From positions 2,024,076 to 2,088,075 of the forward strand of contig MU056277.1 of assembly GCA_013239625.1 (NCBI GenBank): a DNA stretch of 64,000 bases, read 5' to 3'. The notes under the pieces are model-generated. The model was not told the DNA's origin. It searched no databases and worked only from the letters and a program-made list of their open reading frames with translations. Position 1 is the first letter of the stretch, and every line of letters begins with the position of its first letter. Origin of the DNA: Lama guanicoe (Eukaryota). A program made the translations under genes and the position numbers. Positions 62,661-64,000 of this stretch are shown one piece after another.

Positions 62661-63899
62661 TGGCAGGTTAGAGGAAGGGTCTTTACATCTAGCGCCACCT
62701 TCTCTGCTAACCAGCCTTGAGCGAAATACCAGCTCCCATCGTGGATGGATGGCTGGACGGCTGGACGAGCGCAGGGGTGCGTGGGTCGCGTACAAGACAG
62801 TAGAAATGTGAGGGGTGTTGTACTTCAGGGTTTTCAAGCCTCCCGAGGGGGCTAGCTGACAAGTTTCAGCGCTCTGCCTGCTGGGGGAGCAGAGCAGACC
62901 ATTGCTTTACATCAGACGCCAAGTGCGGCCCGCCTCACTCCTCCAGTCGGAGTTCAGCCGCAGGCCGCGTGCTCGCTAGTGCAGACGCCGTGCCTCCTGC
63001 CCGTTCTGTCCCACCTTCTCACCTTTCACACCGCTCGGGAGGCCGTGTGCTTGCGCAGGCCGCGGGGCCGCCGCCGTCACCATCACCAAGGAGAAGTCCC
63101 GTCTCCGGAGTGGTCGTGCAGGGGCTCGCAATCTTAGCAGACGCTGCCGGCGTGAGGACCTGGCCGTGTGCCGTGTGCACAATGGTCGTAGCAGAGCCCC
63201 CTCGGAAGCAGGCTGTCAGGGACCAGGAAGTAGGAGAGGAAATGGCCCGGGGCCCCCTTGCTGCACTGTAACTATTAACACTTGAGAAACATGGCCACCA
63301 AATGTTTCCCAAGCCTCCGCTCCCCGTCGGGTGGGAGCTGTAACCATTGTCACTACGGGAAAATAATTTTAAAGTCCCTGGGGGTCCGTTGATCCTCAGT
63401 TTAACCAAATGGAGTTTCTGCAGCTTAATTCTAGCAGGCGAGGCTGCCTCTCCCATATCTGCTCATCTCCGCCAGTTACTCCCCATCCAGGGGGCGCTCT
63501 CCATCTGTCTAAACCCACTGCTTCCCCAGCATCACCATCTCTGTGAAGCACACGCTGTTAATCTTTGTCTTTGGGCTGGTGCCGTTATGAGCAGTGTTTT
63601 CACACTTCTGCATTTCTGATCAGTTAAGGATTTATCTGCTCACGTTGATTGTATACCTCTGACCTAAGAGAAAGAAATATTTGTTACATTTTGCAAAATG
63701 TTTGCAAGCTAACGGTAGTTGTCCCATGCACATAAAAATCGAGTTGCCTATGTTAGAGTTAAGCCTTGAAGTTAAAATGTAGCAGTGTCCTCAGGGTGCT
63801 ATTTGGATGAAGTGTAGCGTGAGGCTTCCCACCTTGGGGGTGGTAACAGTGCCGCTTGAAGAGCCGGCGTGCGGGTTGGAATCGGTGATGGGAGAGGTG

Positions 63900-63972
63900 A
63901 CCCTGGGTCCAAGCCCGGCACCACGGTCCGTCAGCAAGTGCTGCCTTGGTCTCCCCATCTGTAAAATGGGCC
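63900..63972 (+). mobile_element. MIR fragment
   Basis: ctgggtccaagcccggc...ccttggtctccccatctgtaaaatggg. Confidence 0.55.
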
Positions 63973-64000
63973 AGGAGAGGGGCTGACGTGAGCAGTGCTG

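Overview
Mammalian genomic DNA, not prokaryotic. It is GC/CpG-rich and probably from a camelid, judging by several Vic-1-like tRNA-derived SINEs. The gene order matches human 13q34. The + strand carries the 3' half of the P4-ATPase flippase ATP11A: 12 constitutive coding exons at 497-20151, all GT-AG with consistent phases, then alternative C-terminal exons at 21435 and 23508 and a terminal exon/3'UTR at 24557-~28250. Downstream is the 5' end of the RhoGEF MCF2L (DBS/Ost), with phase-1 N-terminal exons at 39140 (MFDCW...), 59583 (MRRRG..., candidate) and 60116 (MRFWL...) and two CpG islands. The rest is intron or intergenic sequence with old L1, MLT1, MER20, MER5A, Tigger1 and MIR copies, one young L1 fragment with a TSD, and two assembly gaps. 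I found no wholly new system. The most interesting signals are at the splicing level: a duplicated 3' splice site carrying an in-frame stop, a 24-nt microexon, a set of swappable ATP11A C-terminal tails (one behind a 160-nt AG-exclusion zone, one apparently decayed), a Cys-rich extra MCF2L first exon, and a triplicated MRE/E-box unit in the MCF2L promoter. Exon numbers and human comparisons come from memory, and repeat families were assigned by eye. Nearly all long ORFs in the supplied track look spurious.
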